Shown: positions 39,272 through 51,277 of the stretch, in pieces
Numbering within the stretch: the first letter of the stretch is position 1
Layout of the letters: each line of letters opens with the position of its first letter
Assembly: GCA_001724265.1 (NCBI GenBank)
Contig: MEDY01000039.1
Span: 1-64,000 of the forward strand
Length of the DNA: 64,000 bases
Reading direction: 5' to 3'
DNA from: Rhizaria sp. SCN 62-66
Taxonomy: Eukaryota
The notes under the pieces: generated by a model
What the model saw: only the letters and a program-made list of their open reading frames with translations
Told to the model about the DNA's origin: nothing
Databases searched by the model: none
Position numbers and translations under genes: made by a program

Positions 39272-39530
39272 GTGGTGTGCCGGCGTGTATAATAACCTTG
39301 GTGGTGTCAGCTCTACGGTCACTCTTGGCCAGCTGTCTGCATGGTCCAATCGGAGATATTGAAAAATGTTTATACCGAGCGACGATGTCCGTCCTGGTCA
39401 ATTTATTTGTCATTTAAGCTATTTAGTCAACATAAACTATACTTTCCTATTTTAATCAATCTTAAAATTTCTGATTTGCTATTGAACTGCACTGTTTTTT
39501 GCAGCGCGCGTGGCTGGCTGGGACTACACC

Positions 39531-41082
39531 ATGATCCCAATCTCCAAAGCGCTCTTCAACGACGATATCGCCGATGCGTATCGCGATATCCACAAGAAGT
39601 CGTCCGACACGCGTACGTCTATCTGAACTCGCACTTTTTAGTTTCTATGACGTCCTCTGTCTCTCTGTATATCGTATCTTACGACGTGACACTCTTTCAC
39701 AACCTCGTCACTATGATCTGTCTGCTCTCTCACCTCGCCAGCGATCTACAATGCCGCCGCGATATCCCCCGCCGCCCTGGGCGCCGTCCTCACCGAACGC
39801 GGCGTTTACTCCCTTAACCGCGCCGAAGGCTGCCCCGACCGTCCTCCTCTCTGCATCGCGGCCGACCGATCCAACTTGCTCGCTCTGACAACGCTGTTGG
39901 AAGCGGGCGCCGACGTCAACGCCGTCCCCGCCTCCGCCGGGCTCCCCGCGCTCTACTACGCCGCACGCGCGCACTGCATTCCCGCTGTCCGCTCGTTACT
40001 CGCCGCGCCCGGTGTCGAAGTCAACATGCGCAACTTCAACAACGAGTCACCGCTGCACGGCTTGTTCGCAACGCCGGATCACCCGCGCCCGCGCCCGCGC
40101 CGCAACCCCTACAGCGGCGGCCGCAGCGGCAGCAGCAGCCGCAAGCGCAGCAACCGCCGCCGGGGCCGCCGCGCGCGCGCCGGGGCCAGTGGTTTTGCGT
40201 CTGCGTCGGCCGGCGGCACGGACGACGACGACGATACCTACGAGGGTGACGGCGACTGCAGCAACTACAGCAACTATGAGTCGGCTGATGAGCGCCCACA
40301 GTCGCTCTCGCAGTCAAAGTCAAAGTTTCCCAACTCTTTCCTCCAAAGCGCCACGATCGCCAACGCGGGCGAGGACGCGAGCAGTGCGACGAATACGGAT
40401 GTTTACGGCGGCGACAGTAACATGAGTCCGATGATCGGCTTTTGTGGGATGATGTTTAATTCAAGCAACGGCACTCGCACACAACAACCATCAACATCCT
40501 CAACAGTTTCATCTTCCTCAGCATCACACCGCAGTCCTAGCGCCACCACCGCCGCCGCCGCCGCCGACTGCACCGACACGGACACCGACGGCGACGGCGA
40601 CGACGTCGCATGCTTCCCCGCTCTCAAGCTCTTGCTCGAGGCCCGCGCAGACCCGAACCACCGCGACAGCTGGTTCAACCGCTCCGCGCTGCACCTCGCC
40701 GCGCTCTCCCCAGCCTGGCGCGGCGCGCTGCCGCTGCTCGCGCTGCACGGCGCCGACCCCACCGTGCCCAGCGGGTCCCGCGGGCGGGAGGGCACGCCCG
40801 CGGTCGCGGCCGCGCAGCGGGGCGACCTGGTGACGCTGGCGATGCTTGCGATCAGCTACCCCAACATCGACTTCGCGCCGGAGCCCGCGGCTGCTGCGAA
40901 GAAAGACGCGAGCGATCACCCTGATAACAGCGCGCGCGCGAATGCGATTGCGCATAGTAGTGTGAACAATAGTGCGGACAGTTGCGCGAACATCAAAGAC
41001 AGCGCTGCTGCGAAGCACGTGGTTGCGAGGGAGAAACAGCTCACTGCGGGCAATCCTGAAGACGGCAACGGCAGCTGCGGCG

Positions 41083-41114
<32 letters not shown>

Positions 41115-41675
41115 GGTGGGATTGGTAGGAGCGGCAAGGCCAAGGCTATTGTCGAGCGCCGCAAGCTGTCTCCAAAGCGTGGCTCTGAGAGCATTGACGC
41201 CTCCGCCAGCTCCAACGCTGACAAGGGCAAGGACGCTCAGCCCAGCAGTCGCAATGGCGCTGATGTGCCCGGTGTGGCCGACCCCAAGGGCGTGGTGCGC
41301 ATGTTCCTGGACTCGCTGGGCAAGGAAGAGTGGGCGACCGCGCTGCTGCAGGCTCTGGCCGAGGCAGCGGAGGCCGCCAAAGAGACGTGCGCTGAGCCCG
41401 CAGCGATCCGTGTCCCGCTGACCAAGAGCCATGTGATGAACCAAGCGAACGCGAGCACACAGTCGCAGTCGCCGTCGCCCGTACACTCCCATTCGTCACA
41501 GCCTGCGCAGTCTTCGCAGTCGCCTTGCGGCGGCGGTGGCGCTGCAGCTGCTGCGAGCGCGGGGAAGAGCGGCAGCAAGAGCGAGGCGGAGGAGCACCGG
41601 CGCGCGGTGGCCGTGCTGCGGGAGGCGCTGCTGGCCGCAGTGGCGACCAAGGTGCACGCGGTTGACAGCAAGTGA
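39531..41675 (+). CDS. Ankyrin-repeat protein (~671 aa, at least 2 exons)
   Basis: Exons 39531-39612 and 39742-41675 (TGA); intron GTACGT...CGCCAG, phase 1. Ankyrin motifs: TPIYNAA, PPLCIAADRSNLLALTTLLEAGADVN, ALYYAARAHCIPAVRSLL, ESPLH, SALHLAA. An additional upstream exon is possible (acceptor-like TTTTTGCAG at ~39504). Confidence 0.85.
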
Positions 41676-42289
41676 GTCACTTCTCACAGAAAGTGAGTCA
41701 ATTCCCATCAAGTCGTATGTGTTACGCGAGATGTTGAGTTGCGTCACCATGCTGCCTTTTTATTTAGCCTGTACTTTTATTTAAATCAATTACTCCGTGA
41801 GATGGACGTGTACGAGTCCAAAAAGTCGGATTTCATAACTCTGTTCGCATGCTTACGTGCGCACTGCAGCGTGGCCGTTGAGATGTGTGAAAGTATGAGT
41901 CAGTGTTTTGCGTAACTACGCAACTTTGTGTATATTCTAACTGATTTATAAACATAATAAAGCCTAGTACATTTCTTGAAACGACAAAAACCAAACCCGC
42001 ATAGTACTGTAGCCGAAAATCATAACTACTCCGACAATATCGAAAATATAGTTCAAAATAAAACTTGAAAGAGCAGTGCGCTTCATATATTGCCTCCCAT
42101 AACTCTTTACTGCTTTCATTATATCTTTAACATCCCCTTGCAATATGTAGTCTAAACACGAAAGCAAACTGCGACAATTGCGACCTCGCGGCAATTGGAG
42201 CAGCGACTAAATACGCATCATATCCACCCGCATCTTCTGCATAGCGCATAGAATAGCGGCGGTCGAGCTCCTAAGCAAGACCAGGTGTC

Positions 42290-45025
42290 TTAAGGCTTGA
42301 AAAGCTCACGCACGCATCCGCACTGAGTGCACGAGTTGTTGAGCAAGTAACGCTGCGTTGCACCCTCCTCAAACGCCTTCTTAAGGTCCCTCTTGTCCTT
42401 GTCATCATAGGTGTCGAACACTGGTGAGGTGAAGTAGTCGGGCTGCGACTGTGTGCCCGCGTTTGCACCGAGCTGGAGCATGCGCTTCAAAGCCCACATG
42501 CATGTCTTGTTCGCTTGTGCAGTGCTCCAAACAGTGTCGAGAGTGACAAGCTTTGCGACCTGACCGCTCTGAGATTTGGGTTGTTCCATCGACTGGAATA
42601 CGCGACGCAACGAGCGCAAATACTCGGCGCAGATGGACGTCTGCTTAAAGTCTGACATTGCGTGAAATACGGCGGAAATCATCTCAGCTGCTGAGTCACT
42701 ATGGGCCGTACTTGTGCTACTCACAATCTTGTGAAGGGCGATGGTATATGGATCTTCGGAGCAATTCCCAGTGTTGCTCATGTTGCTTGTGTAGTAGGAT
42801 AATGGGCTAAAAATATTGACGCCACTAGCCATGAGAAAGCGAAAAATCGGGACGTTTCCGTGAAACAAACTCTGCGAAACAAACTCATCAGGTGACCCGT
42901 AGTTGCCGAGAAAGCGATACTGATCGTTACCACAAAACGAACGGTAGAACTTGCGCGAATCAAGCTCAACAGCAGCTAAACATGCTGCGTTTAAGCCATC
43001 AGGAGCCTGAATTGCGTTGCGTTCAATGTTCGACGTGAACTTAATGGTGTAGTTGTAGGATCCGTGCTGGCTGAAGTTAGCTGTGTAACCAAACATGCGA
43101 CCAATCGCGCTGCCTTGGTATAAACCCTTGCCTCCATGCAGCAAATATAGTGGCATCATCGCAGCAATGCAGCCAGGTAACTTCGCACTGATCAACGCCT
43201 CGATTGCGGAGCGTACAGAAGGCAGCGTTTTCTTTGTGTCCTCGTTGCATTCGTCACTGTCAATGGGTGCAAAGCGGCGCCGCAGAACGAATGCAATCGA
43301 TGAGTCCATCGGAGTCGCGAGTGCGCTGCACTGCTTATCGCACATGAATTCGAACGTTGGCAGCGCAAAGCAACGCGTGCACGAGCCATCAGTTGCCTTG
43401 TCTGACACTGCAACGCTAGCAGCATCGCGCGTAACCACGAAGTCACCAACACCATAAACAGTGCCGCCGTTTGAATTCAGGCGTTGTGGATCTGCCATGG
43501 ACACTACGAGCCGTCCCAGAGCTGCGATTGTGTCGAACACATCATTGCTCTGTCGCGGGAGCACGGAAATGCGGAACAGTGCCACAGCTAGTGGGGGCAA
43601 ACTTGCGGCAGTGCGGGGTTGCACCACCGGGGCGGAGTGCTCGACGTCACTGCGAATCTCATCATCGCTGCACATTGCGTCAATCGTTGTTTCGAAACCC
43701 GTCTCAAGAAGCAAGTCAAACACGTCGAGAATGTACGGCGCATGCGCTGCGGCAATGTTGAGGTTCTCAGGCATCGTTGTGTGCGCGTGCATAAGCGCAG
43801 AGATAAGCGTGCGAGACGTTGTGATCTTGTTCAAGTGAGAAAGCGCGAGTGTGATGAGGTCAATATCGCCGTAGATAACGCTGTAAAGCAAAGTACCTGT
43901 TTTAGCGACGTCAAAAAATGCGCGGACGTCGCCAAAGCACGCTGCAGCAGTCTTTTTTGGCAGCTTCTGGAGCAGCTTGGAATAGAGCGTGACCGTCACA
44001 GAGCGCTCAGCACCGCAACTTTGTGCAGCGCTCGTGATGATGGCGCGAGCCACATTATGTTTAGCAGTAACATTTGCATCGTCTGTGAGTTCAGAAAGAA
44101 GCTGATCCTCGAACGTTAATAGAAAGAGATTTACAGCAGCGCTTTTGACACTCGGGTCTGTGCAGATTGAAAGAAACGCCTCCGAAGCAGTCGCAGGCGC
44201 ACCTGAGTTGGTAACTAAAGGCTTCAAAAATACGAACGCGTCGCTGTCAAACGATATCTCAGCGGCCGGTGTAACCGATGCGGTGTGTGCAGCGGTTGGA
44301 TTACTCGGAACTGGTGCATAGCGAGGTTGCGGAAGAGCGGAGAATAATGCCTTGATGAACGGCACGTGCCCTGTGTTTAGCGCAGCGTGCGCGAGGCGAG
44401 ACACTTGTTCCGCTGTGGCCTTTGCAAGCACGTTAGCGCATGTCTCTGCGTCTCCACATGATAACGCGTGCGCTGTCTTGTATTGCCCAGAAGCAATGGC
44501 GCAGAAGAGTGGGTTCGACCTCTCGTTGCTGCGGTCTGTGGCGCTCACTGAAGGAAGTGCGGTGAGCTTGAGCCACTCATCTGCAGTCGCGTTGGCCTTG
44601 ATAAGCGCGATCGCGGCAGACTGATCGCGCTTAGATTTACTGAGCTCAAGAGCAATGTTTGTAAACGTGCTTGCAGTGGTGATGATGTGTTTGAGAGACT
44701 TCGTGTAGTTGCGCGCGATGACTTCAATCATGATTTGATTGCGATTTGACTCGGAGTGAGAGGGGACCTTCGGAGGGTTGCTCGTCTCATAAGCGTTGTA
44801 AAACGTCTTCAACGCAGTAAGTACATGAACATCAGATGAAAGGTCAACAGTGATGGGTTGACAAGTTGATGGTTGCGTCAGAATGAGAGAAGCGAAGGCT
44901 GTATAGGGGGGCGTGAATACTGTCAGCTCGGGCTTCGCAGCAGCTGAACGAGACAAAGACACTGCCGCAGAAACCGATGCGGTAGCTGCTGCGGCAATGT
45001 GTGCACGCGTTGGCTTTGATGTCAT
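42290..45025 (-). CDS. Hypothetical protein with divergent ankyrin-like repeats (~911 aa)
   Basis: Long ORF ending in TAA. Ankyrin-like segments: NPLFCAIASGQYKTAHAL, AHAALNTGHVPFIKALF, SLFHGNVPIFRFLMASGVNI, ALKRMLQLGANA. The first in-frame ATG is at 45025; the true start is uncertain. Confidence 0.7.
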   Translation of the reverse strand: MTSKPTRAHIAAAATASVSAAVSLSRSAAAKPELTVFTPPYTAFASLILTQPSTCQPITVDLSSDVHVLTALKTFYNAYETSNPPKVPSHSESNRNQIMIEVIARNYTKSLKHIITTASTFTNIALELSKSKRDQSAAIALIKANATADEWLKLTALPSVSATDRSNERSNPLFCAIASGQYKTAHALSCGDAETCANVLAKATAEQVSRLAHAALNTGHVPFIKALFSALPQPRYAPVPSNPTAAHTASVTPAAEISFDSDAFVFLKPLVTNSGAPATASEAFLSICTDPSVKSAAVNLFLLTFEDQLLSELTDDANVTAKHNVARAIITSAAQSCGAERSVTVTLYSKLLQKLPKKTAAACFGDVRAFFDVAKTGTLLYSVIYGDIDLITLALSHLNKITTSRTLISALMHAHTTMPENLNIAAAHAPYILDVFDLLLETGFETTIDAMCSDDEIRSDVEHSAPVVQPRTAASLPPLAVALFRISVLPRQSNDVFDTIAALGRLVVSMADPQRLNSNGGTVYGVGDFVVTRDAASVAVSDKATDGSCTRCFALPTFEFMCDKQCSALATPMDSSIAFVLRRRFAPIDSDECNEDTKKTLPSVRSAIEALISAKLPGCIAAMMPLYLLHGGKGLYQGSAIGRMFGYTANFSQHGSYNYTIKFTSNIERNAIQAPDGLNAACLAAVELDSRKFYRSFCGNDQYRFLGNYGSPDEFVSQSLFHGNVPIFRFLMASGVNIFSPLSYYTSNMSNTGNCSEDPYTIALHKIVSSTSTAHSDSAAEMISAVFHAMSDFKQTSICAEYLRSLRRVFQSMEQPKSQSGQVAKLVTLDTVWSTAQANKTCMWALKRMLQLGANAGTQSQPDYFTSPVFDTYDDKDKRDLKKAFEEGATQRYLLNNSCTQCGCVRELFKP

Positions 45026-46102
45026 TAAGCGTGTTTGTTTCTTAAGACGAAGCAGGCTATTGCAAGCAAAAGTAGCAAAAGGAGCAAGTGTTGAGAGATG
45101 ACGTTGCGCCCGCAAATATCGAAGGTCTGAAAGACGTGAAATATGTCAAATGATAGGAAAATAAAAACAACAAAATACACATTTATATGTTTTAGTTGTG
45201 GAACAGGAGTGATCATATCACATTAACTTAAATTCACGGATATCATCTTGATCTCACTACGACAACTTCCAGTTGCGAGCTGGGCCGATTCCGTGGATTG
45301 GTAGCTGATCAATGCCCTCCAGAATGCATTTTGAGCAATTATTCGTGATAGAGGCTTGGAAAAGCTGCAAATCTTTTAAATCATGACTTTTCACTAAATA
45401 TTAGACTTGGATTCGTTGAATTCCTTCCACAATTAAGTAAATTTACACTGACATTTGACGAAGTAATTGCGCAGGCGTAGTAAGTCATCCATAAGAGAGA
45501 TGCAACAGCAATATAGATTTCATCGATATTAGCATCAAATTGAACGCATATGAAGTACTGAATCGTGAAAATCACGCGTTTTATTTCGTATACTTCAGTG
45601 ATACTTGAAATAATTGGAACATGTGATTTTGTCGCAAGATTCGCAGATGGACTCTTGACTAGTGAAGTAATATCGCAGATGCGATCGACGTGAGAAAAAG
45701 ATCAAGATCAGGAGCATCACCGCAAATCTCAGTTACAAAGAGTTGATGTGATGCCCATGATCTTATTTTGATTGACACGTTGAATGCATCTGCAATATCA
45801 GAAACAGCGCAGAAAAACATCGCAAGATTAGAGGCCGTAGAGAGTTTACAATGTCTCTAGTCTTGCAATGCGCAGGTTGAGAAAAATCTGCAGTAAGACT
45901 AAAACTGAGCTGTAAACATATGAGTTGAACAGTAAAGAAAGAAGAAGTGGAAGGACAGGGGAAAAAGCAGCCTCAAAAAGCTACAAATTTGATTGATTTT
46001 GCTTGTTTTGACATGATTTTTGTTTGTTTTTCCTAAGGCTTTTAAAATAACAGAACATGTGATAAATGAACATCATTGTGATTTACGAACGAGCGTACAG
46101 CG

Positions 46103-47986
46103 TTACTGCGACTTCAGATAAGACAAGCGAGTGATGAAAGCTTGCAGTGCCGCCGCTGCAGCATTGCTTCGGCTCTCCTTGTTGCTGTCCTCCCCTGCGT
46201 CGGAAGCAACCACCTGCGGTTTAACACGTGCGGAACGCTGAGGAGAGCTGTCAGAGCTGATGCTGCTGTTGTTGTTGTCATTGCGATCGCTCGTTGCGGC
46301 GGCTGCTTCAGCCGACATCTCGCTCAGATACCGCCGCATTGCGTCGTCGCCGTGGTCGCGCGCAGTGATCTCCAGGTCAGCAAGCTCGTCTGCACTCAGC
46401 ACTGTGAACGCCTCAGTGACGCTGACAAACGCGCTGGGGTCGCCGCTCTTAAGGTTCTCGCGGCAGTGCGTGAGAGCAGCGCGCGAGACCGCAATCATGA
46501 TGCGCAGTGTGAGAGCGCATGCGCCGCGGACCGGGTCAATGCAATCGGTGTCGTTGGTGTCGCAGGCGTTGCTGACCTCGCCCTCGTTGTCGTAGTCGTT
46601 GTTGTTGTTGTTCTTGGACTCGTTCATAATGTCAGCGTTTGCGCGGAGGTTAGCTGCGGTGTAATCAAGGCTAGAACCGTGGTTACCTGCGATATTATCG
46701 CCACTATCCCTCGAAAGGTCTGACGCGAGGCTCGTGCAGCCGACACAGTTACTGTGACTGTCGGAAGAGTCACAGAGACTCTCGGAGTCGCTGTGACAGT
46801 CACGGCCGGAGTCACGGGCGCTGTCGAGGTCACCGGTGCGGCCGCAACCACTCTCTTTGACGCTCGCGCTGGAACAGAAGTTACGCTCAGTGTGACTGCT
46901 CCGCGCCGACATAACGGGGTGTCGCTCATCGCTGTCGCCGTTGTCGTCGCGATTGTTGTTGTTGTCGTCGTGGTTGCTCGTGCTGAAGAAGCTGCTGTCG
47001 TTCTCTTCTTCATCATCCTCGTTGTCTTCATTGTCCTCGACCTGCTCGGAATCGAGTCCGTGCAGCACGTACAGCAACTTTGACAGCGACGGCACGAGGC
47101 TGCGCAGACGCGCAATCGCGCACGCGCGCGAATGTTGCGTCAGCATGTCGTCGGTGGCGCGAGTTAAGAGCACGGTGACGCACTGAGGCAGGTTAAGCGA
47201 GACTGCTTCAGAGAGGGCCTCCTAGAGAAGGGTCCTGTCGCAGCTGCAGTCCTCCTCGCTGAAGGTGCAGATCTCGCCGCCATTACAGCAGCTATAGGTG
47301 CTGTTGTTGGCGTTGGCGTCAGGCAGGCTAGCGCAATCAGCGCCATCAGCATCAGCGGGAGCAGCCGTTCGGCTTTGTTGTTGCTGCTGTTGCTGCTGCT
47401 GCTGCAGCGCAGAGGTGATGTCAAGATAGCGAAGCAGGATCGCGGCCGCAATCGAATCGCCTGACCGTGCAGCAACTGCGCAGTAGTGCACGGTGCACCC
47501 GCCGCTGCTCTCGGAGAAGGGGGCGAAACACAGCTCGCAAGACTGCTGCTGTGGGTGCGGCCCGGATCGCTTGGCAGTTGGCATGCAGTCATTCTGCTCG
47601 ATTTCAGCCAAACCGTGGCCAAGAGTGCTGCCGCTGTTGTCTTCGTCAACGTTGTTGTTGAGGGAGTAGCTCGCTGCAAGCCGGAGAAGGTCCAACATGA
47701 TGGAGATGCTCAAGGGACTGCCGAAATCATGGCAGTAGAGCTTAAGCTCGGTGAGGACCAGAGAACCGTGGCCAGTACGCTGGACAGATGTCGCATCAGT
47801 GGATAACAGCGTCCGGATGGCACAATGAACGCGATAGAAGATCGCGTGGCGCTGCTCAATCAAGAGAGCAGCGAACCCGGCTAAGCTCAGGTTGAACTCC
47901 TTACTGAGCACATCCAGCACGAAACTGTACATCCGGGCCTCGAAAGAGCTGAGGAATGACGTATTTGATTTATAGTCCTGAGACAT
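46103..47986 (-). CDS. Hypothetical protein with ankyrin-like segments (~627 aa, one in-frame TAG)
   Basis: ORFs 47222-48067 and 46103-47173 share a frame, join across TAG at 47224-47222 and end in TAA. Ankyrin-like YCAVAARSGDSIAAAILL precedes the TAG and EALSEAVSLNLPQCVTVLL follows it. An acceptor-like signal near 48042 suggests an upstream exon. Confidence 0.65.
47222..47224 (-). other. In-frame TAG, candidate sense codon (CDRTLL*EALSEAV)
   Basis: The minus-strand frame continues through 16 sense codons into ORF 46103-47173. Confidence 0.8.
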
Positions 47987-49147
47987 CGTTGTGCGGGACT
48001 GGGGCCCCGTACTCGCCGTCGTGTGACTCGACGACGAAAATCTGTGTGCGCAGAAGAACGAAACCAAAAAAACGCAGGTAAAGTGTGATGTCAGTGATAT
48101 TGAGATAGATTCATGGATGACGCGCGGTGGTTATATTCCAGTTGCTTGAGAGGTTTTCGTCTTTCAATTCGTATAGACGTGTTTTATGTGAATGGCAGTG
48201 CAGAAGGAAGTTCACCAAGCTTGATCCAACCTACAACCTTGGAACACTTCCTCAGCAACTTCAACGAAGCTGAGAAGAGTGGTTCAAATTAATTCGCAGA
48301 GTTAACCCCTGAAACAGTGCTTGCAGGACAAAATTATGTGTGGACGCTGGATAGCTACCTCACTTTAAGGTCAGCTAGTCAAGCGACGCTCAATCAATGT
48401 TAACCCGACGAGGGCGCCATACCGACTGCGAAGTCAAGCCGTCAAGCTTAAATGACGAAACATAGCTCAGTTAACTTAAAGAGCTGCATTAAGATTACTT
48501 CTTTACCTTTTCTTTAAGTGGTTTTACCAGAAAATAATGTTATAAATACAAATGAGGCTTGCATAGTGTGTGAATCTGATAAAACGTAGTGTGCACTGGG
48601 GTGGTCGGATGCTCACAGTCACTCTCACTATGAGTCTTTAAGTTCATTTATAACATCTACATGCTTTATAATAAGTTCACCCTATAGTAAAACTTAGATC
48701 CAACATGCATCTATGCGTTTTAATGGAGTAAGCAACTTGAAGGTGGCTCTATCGAGCGCGATTGTTGGTCTGCCGTCCTAGCCATAAATGCTCTGATGCT
48801 ATCCCACTTGATGAAAAAGCTTTTCTAAAAAGATACACAACACACTCATGTAATTTTCTTTATATTATAGAATACTTATGCTTTAGGTAGTGCGTGTATT
48901 GAAATACTTTGCTGAACATGCAGATGATACTAACTTGAAACATCATAGTCGTTAACATACACGATAAAACACAAGGATATAGTCCGTATATAGCGCGTGT
49001 TATAAACTGAAAACAAACATGTTATGTATTAATGTGTCAGATCCAAGACTCAGTCAATTATAAATTTGATTTCACAAAAAATAGATACTCAAAGAATGGC
49101 CTTTGAGTTCGGAAAGCTGTGACTGTGAGCCAAGACACACAGCGGCT

Positions 49148-50565
49148 TCAAGTCTTCGTCAAAACATAGCAAAAGTGCTCCGTACTATCAGCCGCAGAGT
49201 TCGCAGTTACAGGCTGGCCGTCGTAGCGAATCTTGGGCACTATATCAATGCGCAACACAAGTGCGCATGTTGCGGCATGACACACAAATCCAAACAATTA
49301 CTTATTCATGTGAGCTATATGACATTAACCCAAACATATTAGCACCAACCAAACAAATTTCATATTAGTCACAAATACTGTAGATAACAATCATGTTTAA
49401 GCTTCATCGGCGCTTATTTGGGCGACATATGAAGATCTTAAAAAAGTCAGCATCAAATGACTGTGAGCACATAAGCAACGTACCTGTCACAACCGGAGCA
49501 ACACGCCAGTTATACCACTCACCAGCCGGGTTAATCCCCATTCCAGCAGCTCCAGGTCCATTGAGCCCAGCCGCAGTCGCAACAATTGCACTCGGAGGCG
49601 CAAAGAGATCCGTGCGGGCATCAGGGGCAGCGCACGACACAACGATCATCGTACCCGAAGGCTTTAAAACGCTACACAATGTTGACACATTAGGGATTTG
49701 AACAAGAAACATGTGATTTAAAAATAAAATATAAGCTTTTAAATGTGATATTTAAAATCTGGCTTCGTAATCGCTCTTTTGGTTAAGATATACGTGGTTT
49801 AAGTCAGGGAACGTACCGATACGCCTCACGGAGGGTCTGACGCGAGAGCAGCTCGCCGGTGTCAGCGCACAACAACGAGTCCAAGGTAGCCTTGTCAATG
49901 ACAACGTCAAAGGGGCCCATCGTGGCGGGAAGCTGTGTGCAGTCAGCAGTGACATCTGTGGTGTGTGGAAGTCGACATATTGGGTGAGATGTGAAAATGA
50001 ATGAGGGTGTAGGCTTAATTTTTGAATTTAGACAGCAGGTAATTATGTTGAAATCTCCACTAAAACCGCGTTCATCAACGATTTAACGTGTGTACGTACA
50101 CGTGAGCCCCGCAATACCTGCGTGGCGCTGTGACATTTGCCCCACAACAACCGGGGAGATGTCGACGCTGGTTACACTGGCGGAGAGGTGTTGGTGGATG
50201 TCATGACTCAGCTCTGCTCCGCACGACGAGACAATGTGCATAGGAAGAAAAAACAAGATAGATCATATCAATGGTAAGATAAATCAATGAACATCGAGCT
50301 AGACCTCTCACACGCGACATTCTATAGCACTAGCAAAGATATAGTATGACAAGGTGATAACGGTTGCGGTGCTGGAGGGAGCGAAAGTGGAAAACAAGAC
50401 TGACGTACGAGAGTTTCCGCTTCCGATGACAAGCACGGAGTAGCCCGGCTTAATATGCTTGCTTAAAAAGCCTGCAAGGCCCTCGTAGCTCTGATACCAC
50501 TCAAAAGTGGTGTCTTCCTCGGTGTATCGATCGTTCCAGTAGCTTGCGCCCTGACCGTACTCCAT
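49148..50565 (-). CDS. Class I SAM-dependent methyltransferase, EEF1AKMT4 / METTL13 N-terminal-domain family (~229 aa, 5 exons)
   Basis: Exons 50565-50409, 50213-50100, 49955-49817, 49671-49484 and 49239-49148 (TGA). All four donors are GTACGT and the phases match. Spliced motifs: YWNDRY..FEWYQSY, VLVIGSGNSQLS, VDISPVVV, FDVVIDKATLDSLLC, YRVLKPSG, HFCYVLTKT. Confidence 0.9.
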
Positions 50566-51151
50566 CCTTCCTAAATCACAAGCGGCAGACGCTTAAGACA
50601 AGCTTATCGGGGGTTATAAATAACAAAAAAGAGTTGCATATCGGTTTTGTTAACAAAAAGTTGTGTCAAAATTTACCGCACGATTTCACTGGTGAGATCT
50701 CTCGTCAGCAAGTCAAGCAGGTTCAAGAGCAAGTAGACGAGTTGACAGCACCTCAAGCTGGGAAAGTGATTCGAACGATGGAAGTATGTATTCTATATCA
50801 AGAGCCAAACCGGGCGCGAACTCAGTGGCACACAAATAAAAGTCGCAGTATCAGTGTCGCGAGAGTGAGAGTCTGCCTGATGCTTGATGACAGCACAATT
50901 GAACGAGATGCATGGCCATCGAAAGAGCACCAAAGCAACTGTGGGACAAAAGCGCGCGATATGACATCATAAACAGCGCTTTTAGAAAGAAAAAGAGGGC
51001 AACTAAGTAAAAAAGCTCGTGCATCACACGACCATGTCACTCTGCATCCGGATCCTAAACAGTGACAAGCAGGAAGGAGTGCGGGAGTGACGACTGCGAA
51101 GAGATGGGTGTGAAGCGTCGAACGGAGAAAGAGAGAGAGTGGCTGAAGCGC

Positions 51152-51277
51152 TTACTCCGACTTGGAGGAAGAAACCTTCGCCATAGACTGTACAAGATGG
51201 AAGATGATGATGGCCATGAACATCACAACGCCGAAGTAGTTGCAAAAGGTCATGAGACGCTCCTCGAGGCTCTGCAT
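51152..51277 (-). CDS. OST4: Oligosaccharyltransferase subunit 4 (OST4)-like small membrane protein (~41 aa)
   Basis: MQSLEERLMTFCNYFGVVMFMAIIIFHLVQSMAKVSSSKSE matches the OST4 pattern L..F.N..G...F......H. The C-terminus may instead be spliced (donor GTAAGC at 51155, acceptor at 51055) and end in TGA. Confidence 0.75.
   Translation of the reverse strand: MQSLEERLMTFCNYFGVVMFMAIIIFHLVQSMAKVSSSKSE

Noticed and set aside
37172-39349. 725-aa minus-strand ORF and the many other overlapping ORFs in GC-rich genes
   Set aside because: These are shadow frames of GC-rich low-complexity coding sequence with no domain signal.
9867-47224. In-frame TAGs as 3' splice sites of hidden in-frame introns
   Set aside because: The supported introns here are AT- or pyrimidine-rich with GTAMGW donors. 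The sequence before each TAG is GC-rich and coding-like, and I saw no nearby consensus donor with a pyrimidine tract. This is not fully excluded without RNA-seq.
9867-47224. Pyrrolysine insertion or motif-programmed readthrough
   Set aside because: This is eukaryotic DNA with no pyl genes in view, the TAGs are not at catalytic sites, and they share no 3' context motif.
50544-50972. 142-aa plus-strand ORF between the methyltransferase and OST4
   Set aside because: It has a non-ATG start, overlaps the methyltransferase start in antisense, and has no coding-like composition or motif.
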